DNA of 64,000 nt, from contig VXTP01000044.1 of NCBI GenBank assembly GCA_009837395.1, positions 17,062-81,061 on the forward strand, in the 5' to 3' direction. Under the pieces are notes generated by a model. The model was given only the letters and a program-made list of their open reading frames with translations. It made no database searches and was not told where the DNA came from. How positions within the stretch are numbered: the stretch's first letter is position 1; the number at the start of each line of letters is the position of its first letter. Below, one piece after another: positions 17,472 through 27,959 of the stretch. Origin of the DNA: Gemmatimonadota bacterium. Lineage in GTDB: Bacteria; JAAXHH01. Position numbers and translations under genes: made by a program.

Positions 17472-19874
17472 ATGTTCAGAAACTACTTGAACACCGCCAT
17501 AAGGCACCTGCTCCAGTACAGAGGCTATTCGGCGATCAACGTGCTCGGATTGGCTATCGGTATAGCCGCCTGCGTGTTGATCATGCTCTATGTGCAGGAC
17601 GAACTCAGCTACGACCAGCACCACGAGAAGAAGGAACGGATTTATCGCCTGGCGATCTCCGAGATGGCGGGTGGCAAACCGGATGAATGGGCGATGTCGC
17701 CTCCGTCCTGGGCCCCTGTACTGGCGTCGGAATTCCCGGAAATCGAACACTTCACGCGGATAAAGCCGCCGAACACCGGTTGGCTCGTTCGCTACGGCGA
17801 AAAGCGGTCCTATGAGAAGTATTTCGTCTTCGCGGATTCGTCGGTCTTTGACATTTTCACTGTCCCCCTTGTTCAGGGAAATCCAAAGACAGCCCTGGCG
17901 GGACCGCACGCCGTGGTGGTTTCGGAAGCGATGGTGGAGAAGTATTTCGGGGATGAAAATCCGATTGGCAAAGTCATCGCCGCTGACGACCAGTACAACT
18001 TTACGGTTACGGGGATCATGCGGGACATGCCTGCAAATTCGCATTTCCACGCCGACTTCCTGGCCTCCTTCGCCACCATGGCGGTGGATGGCATATACTT
18101 CGAGCCGACCACGATGAGGAACCTGAACTCCTCCATGTACACGTATCTTCTGCTCAAGGAAGGACGTGCCGCCGAAGATCTGGAGAAGAAACTTCCTCAG
18201 TTTCTGGATAGACATGTGGGTGAGCAACTGAAGGCACTGGGCATGGAAATGAGACCGTTCCTGCAGTCTCTTACCGATATACATCTGCACTCCCATCTGA
18301 AGCTCGAGATCGAAGCGAACAGCGACGTACGGTATGTTTACATCTTCTCCTCGCTGGCCGCTTTCATCTTGCTGATTGCCTGCGTAAATTTCATGAACCT
18401 GGCCACCGCCCGTGCCGTCAGAAGGGCGCAGGAGGTCGGCATCCGGAAAGTACTGGGCGCCCACCGGGTCCAACTGATCAAGCAGTTTATCGGAGAGACG
18501 GTATTCTTTTCCCTGATCGCGCTGATCGTCGCACTCGCACTGGTCCACCTGTTCCTGCCGCAGTTCAACCAGTTGTCCGGTAAAGCGCTGGAAATGGACT
18601 ATCAGTCAACATGGCTGGTGCCGACCCTCGGGGCGATAATCCTTTTTACGGGAATCGCTGCCGGCGGATATCCCGCGCTCGTCCTTTCGTCCTTCAGGCC
18701 GGTTGCCGTACTGAGTGGCGAGTTGAAAGCGGGAGGCTCCCTGTCCTTTCTGAGAATAGCGCTGATCACCTTTCAGTTCATCGTCTCGATTGTCGTGATT
18801 ATCGGAACGGCTACCGTGCTCGGGCAGGTGGAGTACATGCGGAACAAGAAGCTGGGATTCGATAAAGAACACGTGGTAGTCATACGACTTCCCGATAGAG
18901 AGGCTGTGCTTGGCTATCCGGTATTCAAGCGCGAGGTCATGCAGTATCCGGAAATCTTAAACGTGAGTTCATCGGCCAGCGTACCCGGGACGGCACCCTC
19001 GCTCAATTCGATTCAACCAGAAGGATTCCCGGAGGATCAGACGCCTTTGGTCGCCACGATCTGGGCGGACTTCGACTTCCTGGAAACACTGGACATCGAG
19101 ATCAAGTCCGGCCGTTCGTTTTCGCGGACTTTCACCTCCGATAACAACGCCGTCGTGATCAACGAAACTGCCGCACGGACTTTTGGATGGATAGACCCGA
19201 TCGGAAAGACCTTCAGGCAGCCGGGCGCACCAGATACTGCTCCATCCAGGAACGTCATCGGCCTGATGGCGGATTTTCACCACCAATCGCTGCATCAACG
19301 CATTGAGCCCTTGATCGTAATGTACTGGCGAGAAGGCAGGTTTATGGTGGTCAGGCTGCAGGGACAGGACCTTCCCCGCGGACTTGAAATCCTTCAGGAC
19401 CAGTGGCGGACAACGTATCCAAGCCATCCCGACATGGATTTCTACTTCCTGGACCAGGAACTCGAGCGACTGTACGATGCCGAGCAAAGGCTGGGATCCG
19501 TCTTCGTCGCCGGCGCGGTGCTTTCCATTCTGATCGCGTGCCTGGGACTTCTGGGACTGGCATCCTACATGGCGGAGCAGCGGACCAGGGAAATCGGCGT
19601 ACGCAAGGTCCTCGGCGCTACGATTTCGAACGTCATACTGCTGTTGTCCGGGAACTACACTAAGCTGGTCCTGCTCGCATTCGTGATTGGCGCTCCGGCA
19701 GGTTTCTTCGGTATGCAGGCGTGGCTGGAAAACTTTCCCTATCGTATCGAACTGAGCCTGTGGGTTTTCGTGTTTGCCGGCCTTGCAACGCTTCTTGTTA
19801 CCTGGTTGACGGTGGGATACCACGCGTTGAAGGCCGCCACGGCCAATCCAGTCGACGCGTTGCGTACCGGGTGA
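17472..19874 (+). CDS. ABC transporter permease (duplicated MacB-PCD/FtsX, ~800 aa)
   Basis: INVLGLAIG, ACVNFMNLATAR, EVGIRKVLGA, REIGVRKVLGA, ANPVDALR. Confidence 0.95.
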   Translation: MFRNYLNTAIRHLLQYRGYSAINVLGLAIGIAACVLIMLYVQDELSYDQHHEKKERIYRLAISEMAGGKPDEWAMSPPSWAPVLASEFPEIEHFTRIKPPNTGWLVRYGEKRSYEKYFVFADSSVFDIFTVPLVQGNPKTALAGPHAVVVSEAMVEKYFGDENPIGKVIAADDQYNFTVTGIMRDMPANSHFHADFLASFATMAVDGIYFEPTTMRNLNSSMYTYLLLKEGRAAEDLEKKLPQFLDRHVGEQLKALGMEMRPFLQSLTDIHLHSHLKLEIEANSDVRYVYIFSSLAAFILLIACVNFMNLATARAVRRAQEVGIRKVLGAHRVQLIKQFIGETVFFSLIALIVALALVHLFLPQFNQLSGKALEMDYQSTWLVPTLGAIILFTGIAAGGYPALVLSSFRPVAVLSGELKAGGSLSFLRIALITFQFIVSIVVIIGTATVLGQVEYMRNKKLGFDKEHVVVIRLPDREAVLGYPVFKREVMQYPEILNVSSSASVPGTAPSLNSIQPEGFPEDQTPLVATIWADFDFLETLDIEIKSGRSFSRTFTSDNNAVVINETAARTFGWIDPIGKTFRQPGAPDTAPSRNVIGLMADFHHQSLHQRIEPLIVMYWREGRFMVVRLQGQDLPRGLEILQDQWRTTYPSHPDMDFYFLDQELERLYDAEQRLGSVFVAGAVLSILIACLGLLGLASYMAEQRTREIGVRKVLGATISNVILLLSGNYTKLVLLAFVIGAPAGFFGMQAWLENFPYRIELSLWVFVFAGLATLLVTWLTVGYHALKAATANPVDALRTG

Positions 19875-19916
19875 GGCCGTACAAGGGTGAGGCCGTACAA
19901 GGGTGAGGTCGAACAG
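19869..19916. repeat. 16-bp tandem repeat x3 over the permease stop codon
   Basis: GGGTGAGGCCGTACAA x2 plus GGGTGAGGTCGAACAG. Confidence 0.85.
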
Positions 19917-19960
19917 GGGAACTCACAAATCCGATAACTGGTCTGATTCCTGCCTGCCAT

Positions 19961-20275
19961 TTACGCTTCGACGCCTATGCGCCGAGGCTCGATCGCCGCC
20001 AACTCGCGGGCTTCTGACCGCATAGCGTGATACAAGTCCCAACGTAGCTGTAGATTCAGCCAGAATGAGGGCGACACGTCGAAGTACTTGGCCAGGCGCA
20101 GCGCTGTGCTGGGTGTAATACCGCGACGGGCGTTTACCAGTTCGTTCACGCGCTGGTAGGGAACGTTAAGTGCGTCTGCCAATTCACGCTGCGTCAACTT
20201 CATAGGTATCAGGAACTCTTCCAGCAGCATTTCACCCGGATGGGTTGGAATGCGATTTGTAGGAACACGTACCAT
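19961..20275 (-). CDS. higA: HigA-family antitoxin
   Basis: PTHPGEMLLEEFL, RRGITPSTALRLA, FWLNLQ; GAGG RBS. Confidence 0.93.
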   Translation of the reverse strand: MVRVPTNRIPTHPGEMLLEEFLIPMKLTQRELADALNVPYQRVNELVNARRGITPSTALRLAKYFDVSPSFWLNLQLRWDLYHAMRSEARELAAIEPRRIGVEA

Positions 20276-20296
20276 AATAAACACCTCTAACTTGTT

Positions 20297-20590
20297 TTAA
20301 TGATAGTCGACGATTTCAACATCCCGCGGTCCAGCATCCGACCAGACGAAACACACGCGGTATTGGTTGTTGATTCGAATGCTGTACTGCCCGGAACGCG
20401 CACCTCGCAAGGGCTGGAGACGATTGCCTGGGGGCTTGTTCATGTCACGTAGTTTATCAACCGAATCCAACTGTTCAAGTTTAAGTACAGCAACAGACCA
20501 TAGTGAGGACGGACATGTGGAGCGCGCAGCACGTGTTTCGCGTCCATCGAAGATATCTTCAGTTCCTTTACTGCGGAACGACATTATCAT
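20297..20590 (-). CDS. higB: HigB/RelE-family toxin
   Basis: PPGNRL..LRG.RSGQYSIRINNQYRVCF, VEIVDYH; toxin-first gene order. Confidence 0.93.
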   Translation of the reverse strand: MIMSFRSKGTEDIFDGRETRAARSTCPSSLWSVAVLKLEQLDSVDKLRDMNKPPGNRLQPLRGARSGQYSIRINNQYRVCFVWSDAGPRDVEIVDYH

Positions 20591-20596
20591 TATAGC

Positions 20597-20625
20597 ATAA
20601 TAGCCCCGCATCCATGCTACGTCAA
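20597..20625 (-). promoter_or_regulatory. Sigma70-like promoter of higBA with overlapping inverted repeat
   Basis: Minus strand TTGACG-17 nt-TATTAT, 6 nt before the ATG; the TAGCAT...ATGCTA inverted repeat overlaps it. Confidence 0.7.
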
Positions 20626-20817
20626 CAGGTCAGATTGTAATCTACCTGGACGGAGTTATTGCCCGGAGATGGACAGCAGCGTTAAGCCTGGTTCTGTGTT
20701 GTATAGTTTAAGACTGTTCTGGGCTCATTTTGACCAAATCGCCAGATACATTGCCGCTCCTTCTGATGACCACACTCTCCAGAGAAGAAAGGCGGATCGA
20801 TCATACAGTACCCGTTT

Positions 20818-21747
20818 GTGACAATCTGTGATGTTAAAAACCTGCTCATCAGCCTCGGACTGGATCACGGACGGGTCCATCCCATCGCGGGAGGCTGGTC
20901 GTACTGGACCTTCGAAGTCGAGCACAGGGGCCACGATGAGCAGGCCGTGTCCTCGACTCCGGGCTGGATCTTTCGATTTCCAAAAAACAGTGTCGTCGCT
21001 GAAAACCTGAAAAAAGAGCAAACGGTTCTGTCAGTAGTCGCTCCACAGGTCGAGTTCGCCGTACCGTGTTTCGAGTATGTGGGAACCTGGCGTGATCAAC
21101 CCTATGCGGGGTATTGGCGGATTCCGGGTCGTCCTCTGTCCAGCCTCCAAATGTCCGGCGTCAAGCTCGCTGCTGAATTGGCCGGATCCATAGCGGCCGC
21201 GCTCTCCTCACTTCATGCCATTCCCGCCTCGCTGGTCGCTGAGGCCTGTGGCGTTGAAGCCACCGTCGAGGCATGGCGGCAGCGCTACCAAGAGTTGAGG
21301 GAAACGGTACGCGCCACGGTTTCGCCCTTACTGGATACACGCACACTCAACGCGGTCGAACGCGGTTTCAACCGGTTTCTCGACGAGGAACTCACGACGC
21401 TTGATTACGTCGCCCTGGTGCACTGCGACCTGGGTTGCGAGCATATCCTGATCGTCGAGGACGGGATGGCCGTGACCGGGCTGATTGACTTCGAAGACGC
21501 GACCATCGGCGATCCGGCGATCGATTTCGTCGGTATTTATGTTACTTACGGCATGGAGGCCGTTGAGAGGATACGAACCGGTTATCAGCACGCACTGGAC
21601 GTCAACTTTGTGAACAGGCTCCGGTTCTACACCTGGATGGCTTCCTGTCACGAGGTCATCTACGGTTTGGAGGAAGGAAGAGCGGATCTGGTGGAGGAAG
21701 GTATTGCGGGCTTGCAGGCCCGACTCGGCCACGCCGGATTGCTTTGA
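20818..21747 (+). CDS. Aminoglycoside phosphotransferase family kinase (APH(2'')-like)
   Basis: WIFRFPK, LVHCDLGCEHIL, GLIDFEDATIGDPAIDF. Confidence 0.85.
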   Translation: MTICDVKNLLISLGLDHGRVHPIAGGWSYWTFEVEHRGHDEQAVSSTPGWIFRFPKNSVVAENLKKEQTVLSVVAPQVEFAVPCFEYVGTWRDQPYAGYWRIPGRPLSSLQMSGVKLAAELAGSIAAALSSLHAIPASLVAEACGVEATVEAWRQRYQELRETVRATVSPLLDTRTLNAVERGFNRFLDEELTTLDYVALVHCDLGCEHILIVEDGMAVTGLIDFEDATIGDPAIDFVGIYVTYGMEAVERIRTGYQHALDVNFVNRLRFYTWMASCHEVIYGLEEGRADLVEEGIAGLQARLGHAGLL

Positions 21748-21754
21748 AGCCGCC

Positions 21755-24157
21755 CTACTCATACCGCAGCGTGTCCACCGGGTTCGCCCGGGCCACGCCG
21801 ACGACACGGAAACTCACCGTAATCAAGGCAATGGCCAGGACGACCGCGCCGGCAGCAAAGAAGGCGGCGGGACCGACGTCCGCCCGGTAGGAGAACAGCT
21901 GAAGCCATTGGCGCATGGTGAAGTAGGCGATGGGCGCGGCCATTACCGTAGCGATCAGGACCAGGTAGACGAATTCCTTCAGGAGCAGACCCGCCGTCTG
22001 GACGACCGTGGCACCGAGTATCCTCCGCATGCCCACTTCCCTCGTACGCTGTGCCGTCATGAATGAGGCCAGGCCGAACAGCCCGGCGCAGGCCATGAAG
22101 ACCGCGACAGACGAGAAAACGCCGAAGACCTCGCGGAGTGTCGCCTCGGCCGCGTAAAGCCGGCCGTAATCCTCATCGAGAAACGAATACACCATGGGGA
22201 CGTCCGGCATCTGTCGCTTCCAGGTTTCCTGGATCCATGAGACCGTGCCGGTCACGTCCTCGGATTGGATCCGGATCGCGTAGAAGGGCAGGTTTTCCCT
22301 GGGCCAATGCCGAATGATCATCGGTTCGATGCGATGGTGCAGGGACCGCATGTGAAAATCCGCGATCACCCCGATGATCCGGCGATCGTGCGCCCAGGGA
22401 TGGCCGATGTGGATCAGCACCTCCTGATCGATGGCCTCTTCGGGCGCGTTCCATCCCAGCTGCCGCATGGCGGTTTCGTTGATCATCACGGCTTCCCTCC
22501 GATCCGCCAGGCGCGAACTCGACAGACTCCGGCCGGCCAGCAGTTCCATCCCGAATACTTCGACGAAATCGTCGGTGATCGCCCAGTCGAGCATGTTCTG
22601 CGGGTCCGCCTGCGGCCGGTCGGTCCTCCGCGTTCCCGTGGTGGCGAGCAGGCCCTTGCGTCCCGTGCGGCCGGGCAGCATGAGGGTGGTACCGACGCTT
22701 TCGATCCGGGGATACTGCTCGAGCGTTTCCCTGAAAACCGGGTACTGATCCACGAAGGTCGGGAAACTGGAGGGCCCCACGAGCACCCGTTCCGGCTGCA
22801 GGCCCAGCCGTTTGCCCTGGATGTAGTCCAGTTGCGCGGTGAACACCCAGGTGCTGCCGAGCAGCAGGATCACCATCATGCACTGGCCCATGACAAGCAG
22901 CCTTCGCACCAGGTGGCGTGTTAGGCCGGTCCCGGTCCGGCCCTTCAAGTGTTCCGCCGGCGTGAAGGCCGCCGTGAAGAACGCGGGATAGCTGCCGGAA
23001 ACGAACCCAACCAGGAGGGTTACGGCGGCGATGCCCATCCAGAACTGCCAGGACCGGAAGATATCGAGCGCGATGGTCTTTCCCGTGAGCTCCTGGAAGA
23101 ACGGCAGACTGAGCGCGACGAGGATCAGTGCGGTCACGATGGCGACGCAGGTGATCCCGAAGGATTCACCCATGAACTGGCGGACCAGCTGCCCCCGGAT
23201 CGCGCCGAAGGCCTTCCGAAGCGCGACCTCGCGGTTACGCGTGAGCGAGCGGGCGGTCGCCATGTTCATGAAGTTGAAACAGGCCAGCAGGACGATGACG
23301 ACGGCCAGGGCGCCGAGGAGCAGCAGGTACGTGCCGTTGCCGTTCTCGCCAGCCTCGTTCTCGAGTTGGGAGTAAAGGTAGATGTCGGTCAGCGGCTGCA
23401 GCCGGAGGTCCATCGTGATGTTCTCGGCTTCCCACCGCGCGCCAAACCTTTCTTCGAGCACATCCGGCATTTTCTGCGCGAAGGCGATGGGATCCACGTC
23501 CGGTGACAGCAACAGGTAGGTATAAAACGAAGGCCAATCCCATTGCTCCAGGTAATCATCTCCCAGGATATCGAGCGACCCCTCGATCCCAAGGAAAAAG
23601 TCCGCCTGGAAATGCGAGTGATCGGGCATATCCCGCATCACCCCGGTGACGGTGAAGGGATACGTATCCAGCGATACCGTCTCGCCGACGGGGTCGGCGC
23701 TTCCGAAGTACTTGCGCGCCATGGACTCGGTGATGACGACCGTCCCCGGATCCTGCAGCGCCTGTGCGGGATTGCCCCGCACCAGCGGAAAGGAGAAAAC
23801 CTCGAAGAGCTCGGGATCCGCCCAGAACACGCGGTCTTCGAAGTACGATTGGTCTTCATAGCGTATGATCCACCCGCCGAAGGGCGGACTTATGCGGGCG
23901 TATGACTGGACTTCCGGTAGGAGTTCATGGATGGCGGGACCGAGGGCGGGGGTCGTCTTCGCATTGGTCCCGTTTACGACGCGGTAGATTCGGTCCGCAT
24001 TCTCATGGTACCGGTCATAGGCCCGTTCGTCTTGTATATACAGGCCGATGAGGACCGCACAGGCCATGCCGACGGCCAGGTTCAGGATATTGAGCGCGGC
24101 ATAGGGCTTATGCCTGAGCAGATGTCTCGCACTGATCGTGTAGTAGTGTTTCAGCAA
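21755..24157 (-). CDS. ABC transporter permease (duplicated MacB-PCD/FtsX, ~800 aa)
   Basis: ACFNFMNMATAR, EVALRKAFGA, REVGMRRILGA, ANPVDTLRYE. Confidence 0.95.
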   Translation of the reverse strand: MLKHYYTISARHLLRHKPYAALNILNLAVGMACAVLIGLYIQDERAYDRYHENADRIYRVVNGTNAKTTPALGPAIHELLPEVQSYARISPPFGGWIIRYEDQSYFEDRVFWADPELFEVFSFPLVRGNPAQALQDPGTVVITESMARKYFGSADPVGETVSLDTYPFTVTGVMRDMPDHSHFQADFFLGIEGSLDILGDDYLEQWDWPSFYTYLLLSPDVDPIAFAQKMPDVLEERFGARWEAENITMDLRLQPLTDIYLYSQLENEAGENGNGTYLLLLGALAVVIVLLACFNFMNMATARSLTRNREVALRKAFGAIRGQLVRQFMGESFGITCVAIVTALILVALSLPFFQELTGKTIALDIFRSWQFWMGIAAVTLLVGFVSGSYPAFFTAAFTPAEHLKGRTGTGLTRHLVRRLLVMGQCMMVILLLGSTWVFTAQLDYIQGKRLGLQPERVLVGPSSFPTFVDQYPVFRETLEQYPRIESVGTTLMLPGRTGRKGLLATTGTRRTDRPQADPQNMLDWAITDDFVEVFGMELLAGRSLSSSRLADRREAVMINETAMRQLGWNAPEEAIDQEVLIHIGHPWAHDRRIIGVIADFHMRSLHHRIEPMIIRHWPRENLPFYAIRIQSEDVTGTVSWIQETWKRQMPDVPMVYSFLDEDYGRLYAAEATLREVFGVFSSVAVFMACAGLFGLASFMTAQRTREVGMRRILGATVVQTAGLLLKEFVYLVLIATVMAAPIAYFTMRQWLQLFSYRADVGPAAFFAAGAVVLAIALITVSFRVVGVARANPVDTLRYE

Positions 24158-24169
24158 AGCGCGACTCCG

Positions 24170-24874
24170 TTAACGAGCATGCAGCATCTCCATGAATACA
24201 TTCTGGTTCGAAAAGTCTTCGACCCAGCATGTACACCTGCCCTTAAGCCGCGGTCCGACGCCGATGAAATGCCATCCCAGTTCCCGGGTCGCCCGAACAT
24301 CCCATTCGGCATCGCCTACGTATACGATTCGCTGGAAGGAGTTCCCCTTGGCATCCAGCGTATCCAGGCACTTCTGCATGATACCCGTGCGCTCCTCACT
24401 GTCATCGCTGGAAGCCAGGACGGCGTGCTCAAGGTTGAATCCAGCATGTTCGAGTTTCATTCGGGCGGTATGACCCCATCCACCGGTGGCGAATCCGACG
24501 GCAAAGCCGGGGGCTGCACGAAGCTCGTCGATCAGGTCGATCGCCCCATCTATCGGATTGCATTCGCCGCCGTCTCGGAGGTACTTTCTGACCAAGTCGC
24601 CGAATCTGGCGCGGACTTCCCGGACCAATCCCTCGCCTCGAATCCGGTGCTCGCCCCGCCTCCTGTCCTGGCCGCGAATCCGGTGCTCTTCCATGATTTG
24701 ACGCAGAATGCCCGTGTCGGTTACGTGTCTGTATGTATTCCACGCTTTGCGGATGCACACATCCCCCAGCACGTCTCTTACCGCGGCGATGTACAAGTCG
24801 TCTTCGAATCCGGAACTCTCGACCAGGGTCCCGTCGATATCGAATATCACGGCGGTGTTTGTTGTTGATTTCAT
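24170..24874 (-). CDS. HAD-family hydrolase
   Basis: FDIDGTL, ATGG, YVGDAEWD; internal 12-aa-period duplication (EHRIRG x2). Confidence 0.88.
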   Translation of the reverse strand: MKSTTNTAVIFDIDGTLVESSGFEDDLYIAAVRDVLGDVCIRKAWNTYRHVTDTGILRQIMEEHRIRGQDRRRGEHRIRGEGLVREVRARFGDLVRKYLRDGGECNPIDGAIDLIDELRAAPGFAVGFATGGWGHTARMKLEHAGFNLEHAVLASSDDSEERTGIMQKCLDTLDAKGNSFQRIVYVGDAEWDVRATRELGWHFIGVGPRLKGRCTCWVEDFSNQNVFMEMLHAR

Positions 24875-25055
24875 TTGTTCGAATGATGCGGCGTCAGCGT
24901 GAAGAGGTGATCAATCCCGATTGGGTGCTGATTTCAATAGTAATGGACATTCCCGGCGGGTCGTGCTATTTTCAGGCGGTTTTGAAATCCCTGAGACATA
25001 TTGGAAGGTAACAAAGGGAATCGATCCCTACAAGAGTCACGAGGAGCATACTAAG

Positions 25056-25925
25056 ATGTTAGTCAAACTGGCGCTGCCGAAAGGAAGCCTGCAGGAATCC
25101 ACCTTTGAGCTCATGCGCAAGGCGGGTTTTCATTGCACGGTCAGCAGCCGGTCCTATTCCCCCTGGGTGGACGACGAAGAGCTGGAGATCATGCTGATCC
25201 GGGCGCAGGAGATCGGCCGTTACGTCGAGGACGAGGTCTTCGACGCGGGGCTAACGGGCAAGGACTGGATCGTGGAGACCGGGGCGGACGTGGTGGAGGT
25301 GGCGGAGCTGGTCTATGCCAAGCATACCCGGCAGCCCCTGCGATGGGTGCTGGCCGCGCCCGAGGCTTCGGACATCCACAGCGTCCAGGACCTGGAAGGA
25401 AAACGCATCGCCACGGAAGTCGTTAACATCACGGAAGACTACCTGAAGAAACACGGCGTGAACGCGAAGGTGGAGTTTTCCTGGGGCGCCACGGAGGCCA
25501 AGGCCCCGGAACTGGCGGACGCGATCGTGGAAATCACCGAAACGGGCGGCTCGATCCGGGCCAACAAGCTTCGGATCCTCGATACCCTGATGGTGTCCAC
25601 CAATCGGCTCATCGCGAACAAGACGAGCTGGCAGGATCCGGACAAGCGGCGCAAGATCGAGAACATCGCCCTGCTGCTCAAGGGCGCCATGCTCGCCGAG
25701 GAGATGGTCGGCCTTAAAATGAACGTGAAGCGCGCCGACCTGGATGCCGTGGCCGACCTGCTGCCCGCGTTGCAGAACCCGACCATATCCCCCCTGGCCG
25801 ACCATGAGTGGGTGGCCATCGAGGTGATGATCGAGGAGCACACCATCCGGCAGTTGATTCCCGCGCTCAAGCGGGCCGGCGCCCAGGGCCTGGTGGAATA
25901 TCCGCTGAACAAGGTGATTTATTGA
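25056..25925 (+). CDS. hisG: ATP phosphoribosyltransferase (long form)
   Basis: [31 protein letters not shown] and a C-terminal regulatory domain. Confidence 0.96.
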   Translation: MLVKLALPKGSLQESTFELMRKAGFHCTVSSRSYSPWVDDEELEIMLIRAQEIGRYVEDEVFDAGLTGKDWIVETGADVVEVAELVYAKHTRQPLRWVLAAPEASDIHSVQDLEGKRIATEVVNITEDYLKKHGVNAKVEFSWGATEAKAPELADAIVEITETGGSIRANKLRILDTLMVSTNRLIANKTSWQDPDKRRKIENIALLLKGAMLAEEMVGLKMNVKRADLDAVADLLPALQNPTISPLADHEWVAIEVMIEEHTIRQLIPALKRAGAQGLVEYPLNKVIY

Positions 25926-25938
25926 CGGTGGCCGCACC

Positions 25939-27030
25939 ATGGATCAGAAGCTTCGAAACGCCGACGCTCCCGGGGTGAAGTCAGCCGTCCGCGCCATGTC
26001 CGGTTACACGCTGGTCCAGCCGGACTGCCCGGTCAAGCTCAACCAGAACGAATGCCCCTTCGACGTGCCTGCGGAACTCAAGCGGGAGATCGTGGACGAG
26101 GCCCTGGCAAGCAACTGGGGCCGATATCCAAGTTTTGTGCCCGGCGAGGTCAAGGCGGCCATCGGCGAGCGGCACGGGCTGGGTCCCGAGCACGTCCTGA
26201 TCGGTAACGGCTCCAACGAACTGATCCAGTCGATCTTCCAGGCTGCAGTCTCGACGGGCGATGCGGTGGTGTTGCCCGCACCGACCTTCACCCTGTACGC
26301 GCTCATGGGCAGGATCTCGGGCGCCGAGATCCGGACGGTACACCTCAAGCGCGATTTGAGCTTCGACGTCGATCGGCTAGAGGAAGAAAGCGCCCAATCG
26401 GACGTCAGGCTGGTGGTGCTGTGTTCGCCGAACAACCCGACCGGCTCGATGATTTCACCGGAAGATACGGCGCGGATCGCCGACGCGACCGCGGGCCTGG
26501 TCGTGGTGGACGAGGCCTATTTCGAGTTCGTCGGTGTGTCGTGCATTGAACTGCTGGAACGCCATCCCAACCTGGTGATTACGCGCACCTTCTCGAAAGC
26601 CCTCGGCGCGGCCGGCCTTCGGCTGGGATATCTCGTCGCCGATCCTGCCGTGGCGCGAGAGCTCGAGAAAGTCAAACTTCCGTACAACGTAAACATCATC
26701 TCCCTGATCGCCGCGCGGAAGTTGATCGGCCAGGATGCACTGATCGAGGAACGTGCGTCGATGATCCGGTCTGAAAGGCAACGGGTCTTCGAGGCCCTGC
26801 GGGGCCTTCCGGGCATCAAGCCCCATCCCTCTCACGCCAACTTCATTCTGTTCGAGGCGGAACGACCGGTCGCCGGGATCTTCCACGGTCTCATCGAACG
26901 GGGCGTGCTCATCCGCGACGTCAGCCGCTATCCCATGCTGGAACGGGGCATGCGCGTGACGATCGGCTTGCCGGAAGAGAACGACGCCTTTCTCGAAGCG
27001 TTGCGGGAAGTGCTGGCCACGCAGGATTGA
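25939..27030 (+). CDS. hisC: Histidinol-phosphate aminotransferase
   Basis: KLNQNE, GNGSNE, SPNNPTG, DEAY, RTFSKA..AGLRLGY; follows hisG. Confidence 0.95.
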   Translation: MDQKLRNADAPGVKSAVRAMSGYTLVQPDCPVKLNQNECPFDVPAELKREIVDEALASNWGRYPSFVPGEVKAAIGERHGLGPEHVLIGNGSNELIQSIFQAAVSTGDAVVLPAPTFTLYALMGRISGAEIRTVHLKRDLSFDVDRLEEESAQSDVRLVVLCSPNNPTGSMISPEDTARIADATAGLVVVDEAYFEFVGVSCIELLERHPNLVITRTFSKALGAAGLRLGYLVADPAVARELEKVKLPYNVNIISLIAARKLIGQDALIEERASMIRSERQRVFEALRGLPGIKPHPSHANFILFEAERPVAGIFHGLIERGVLIRDVSRYPMLERGMRVTIGLPEENDAFLEALREVLATQD

Positions 27031-27512
27031 GTGCGTTCACCGAAGTCGGACGATTCCACATGCACGTCAGACAAGCCGTTCCAGAAGACACCGATCGCCT
27101 GCTCGAACTCATGAAGGGACTGGCGCGGTACGAAGACTACATCGACCAGTTCGCCGTGATGCGGGAGAGCATCCTCGAGCACGGATTCGGAGATGAGCGG
27201 TTGTTCACCGCCTTCGTCGCCGAACACGAAGACGATCTCGTCGGAATGGCGGTTACCTATCCGATCCTTTGGACCTACACGTTGCGGCCGAAGCTCGTGC
27301 TCAAAGAACTGTTTGTTGCCGAGGCTGCCCGGAATATGGGCGTGGGAAAGGCTTTAATGGTGTCGGTGACCGCGCATGCCCGGTCCATGGGTGCGACCGA
27401 AGTCATCTGGACGGTCATGTCCGGGAATGCCGACGCCGAGGCGTTCTACCGGTCACTGGGTGGCCTGCCGGATCTGAAGTGGAACAACTGGACGTTGCGT
27501 CTCGATACGTAG
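27027..27512 (+). CDS. GNAT N-acetyltransferase (spermidine acetyltransferase-like)
   Basis: LARYE, LFVAEAARNMGVGKAL, AFYRSLG. Confidence 0.87.
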   Translation: MSAFTEVGRFHMHVRQAVPEDTDRLLELMKGLARYEDYIDQFAVMRESILEHGFGDERLFTAFVAEHEDDLVGMAVTYPILWTYTLRPKLVLKELFVAEAARNMGVGKALMVSVTAHARSMGATEVIWTVMSGNADAEAFYRSLGGLPDLKWNNWTLRLDT

Positions 27513-27618
27513 TGGTCGGCGGATCGGTGATCGCCAGCCCAAGATCGCCAAGATCGTCAGCACAGGACGCCAGTCCAGGGTCGCCAGTCCAGGGCCGTCA
27601 ACCTCTGACATACAGCAG

Positions 27619-27822
27619 TCACTTCTTCCGCGACCTTAGCCTGGCCTGAACGATGTAAATCACGAGCGCCAGCACCCCACCGTAGATCGCGAAGGCAGGC
27701 GTATCCGCGCCTTGCTCGCCCAACATGAAATTGAATGCGCCGCCGGCCAGGATGCCGAACATCATGGCGACCAATGCCTTCACGAATGCGGGCATTTGGG
27801 GACGGGGTCTGCGTTCTGTCAC
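27619..27822 (-). CDS. Small 2-TM membrane protein
   Basis: AAGGAGG RBS before the GTG start, two hydrophobic helices, basic tail. Confidence 0.65.
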   Translation of the reverse strand: MTERRPRPQMPAFVKALVAMMFGILAGGAFNFMLGEQGADTPAFAIYGGVLALVIYIVQARLRSRKK

Positions 27823-27959
27823 TTTGCGTCCTCCTTTTTAACACCCTCCAGTTCCGCCAGCCGTTCCCGCAGGGCTTTCTCCAGCAGTGCCTCCGGAAGC
27901 GAAGCCAGGTACGCGTCCACCTCGTACGGGGCGTGTCGAGTCGGCTTCGGTTTACTCAC
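27819..27959 (-). pseudogene. 46-aa mini-ORF, probably an internally deleted DUF1801/YdhG-like gene
   Basis: Manual translation MSKPKPTRHAPYEVDAYLASLPEALLEKALRERLAELEGVKKEDAK*; overlaps both neighbouring genes. Confidence 0.65.
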
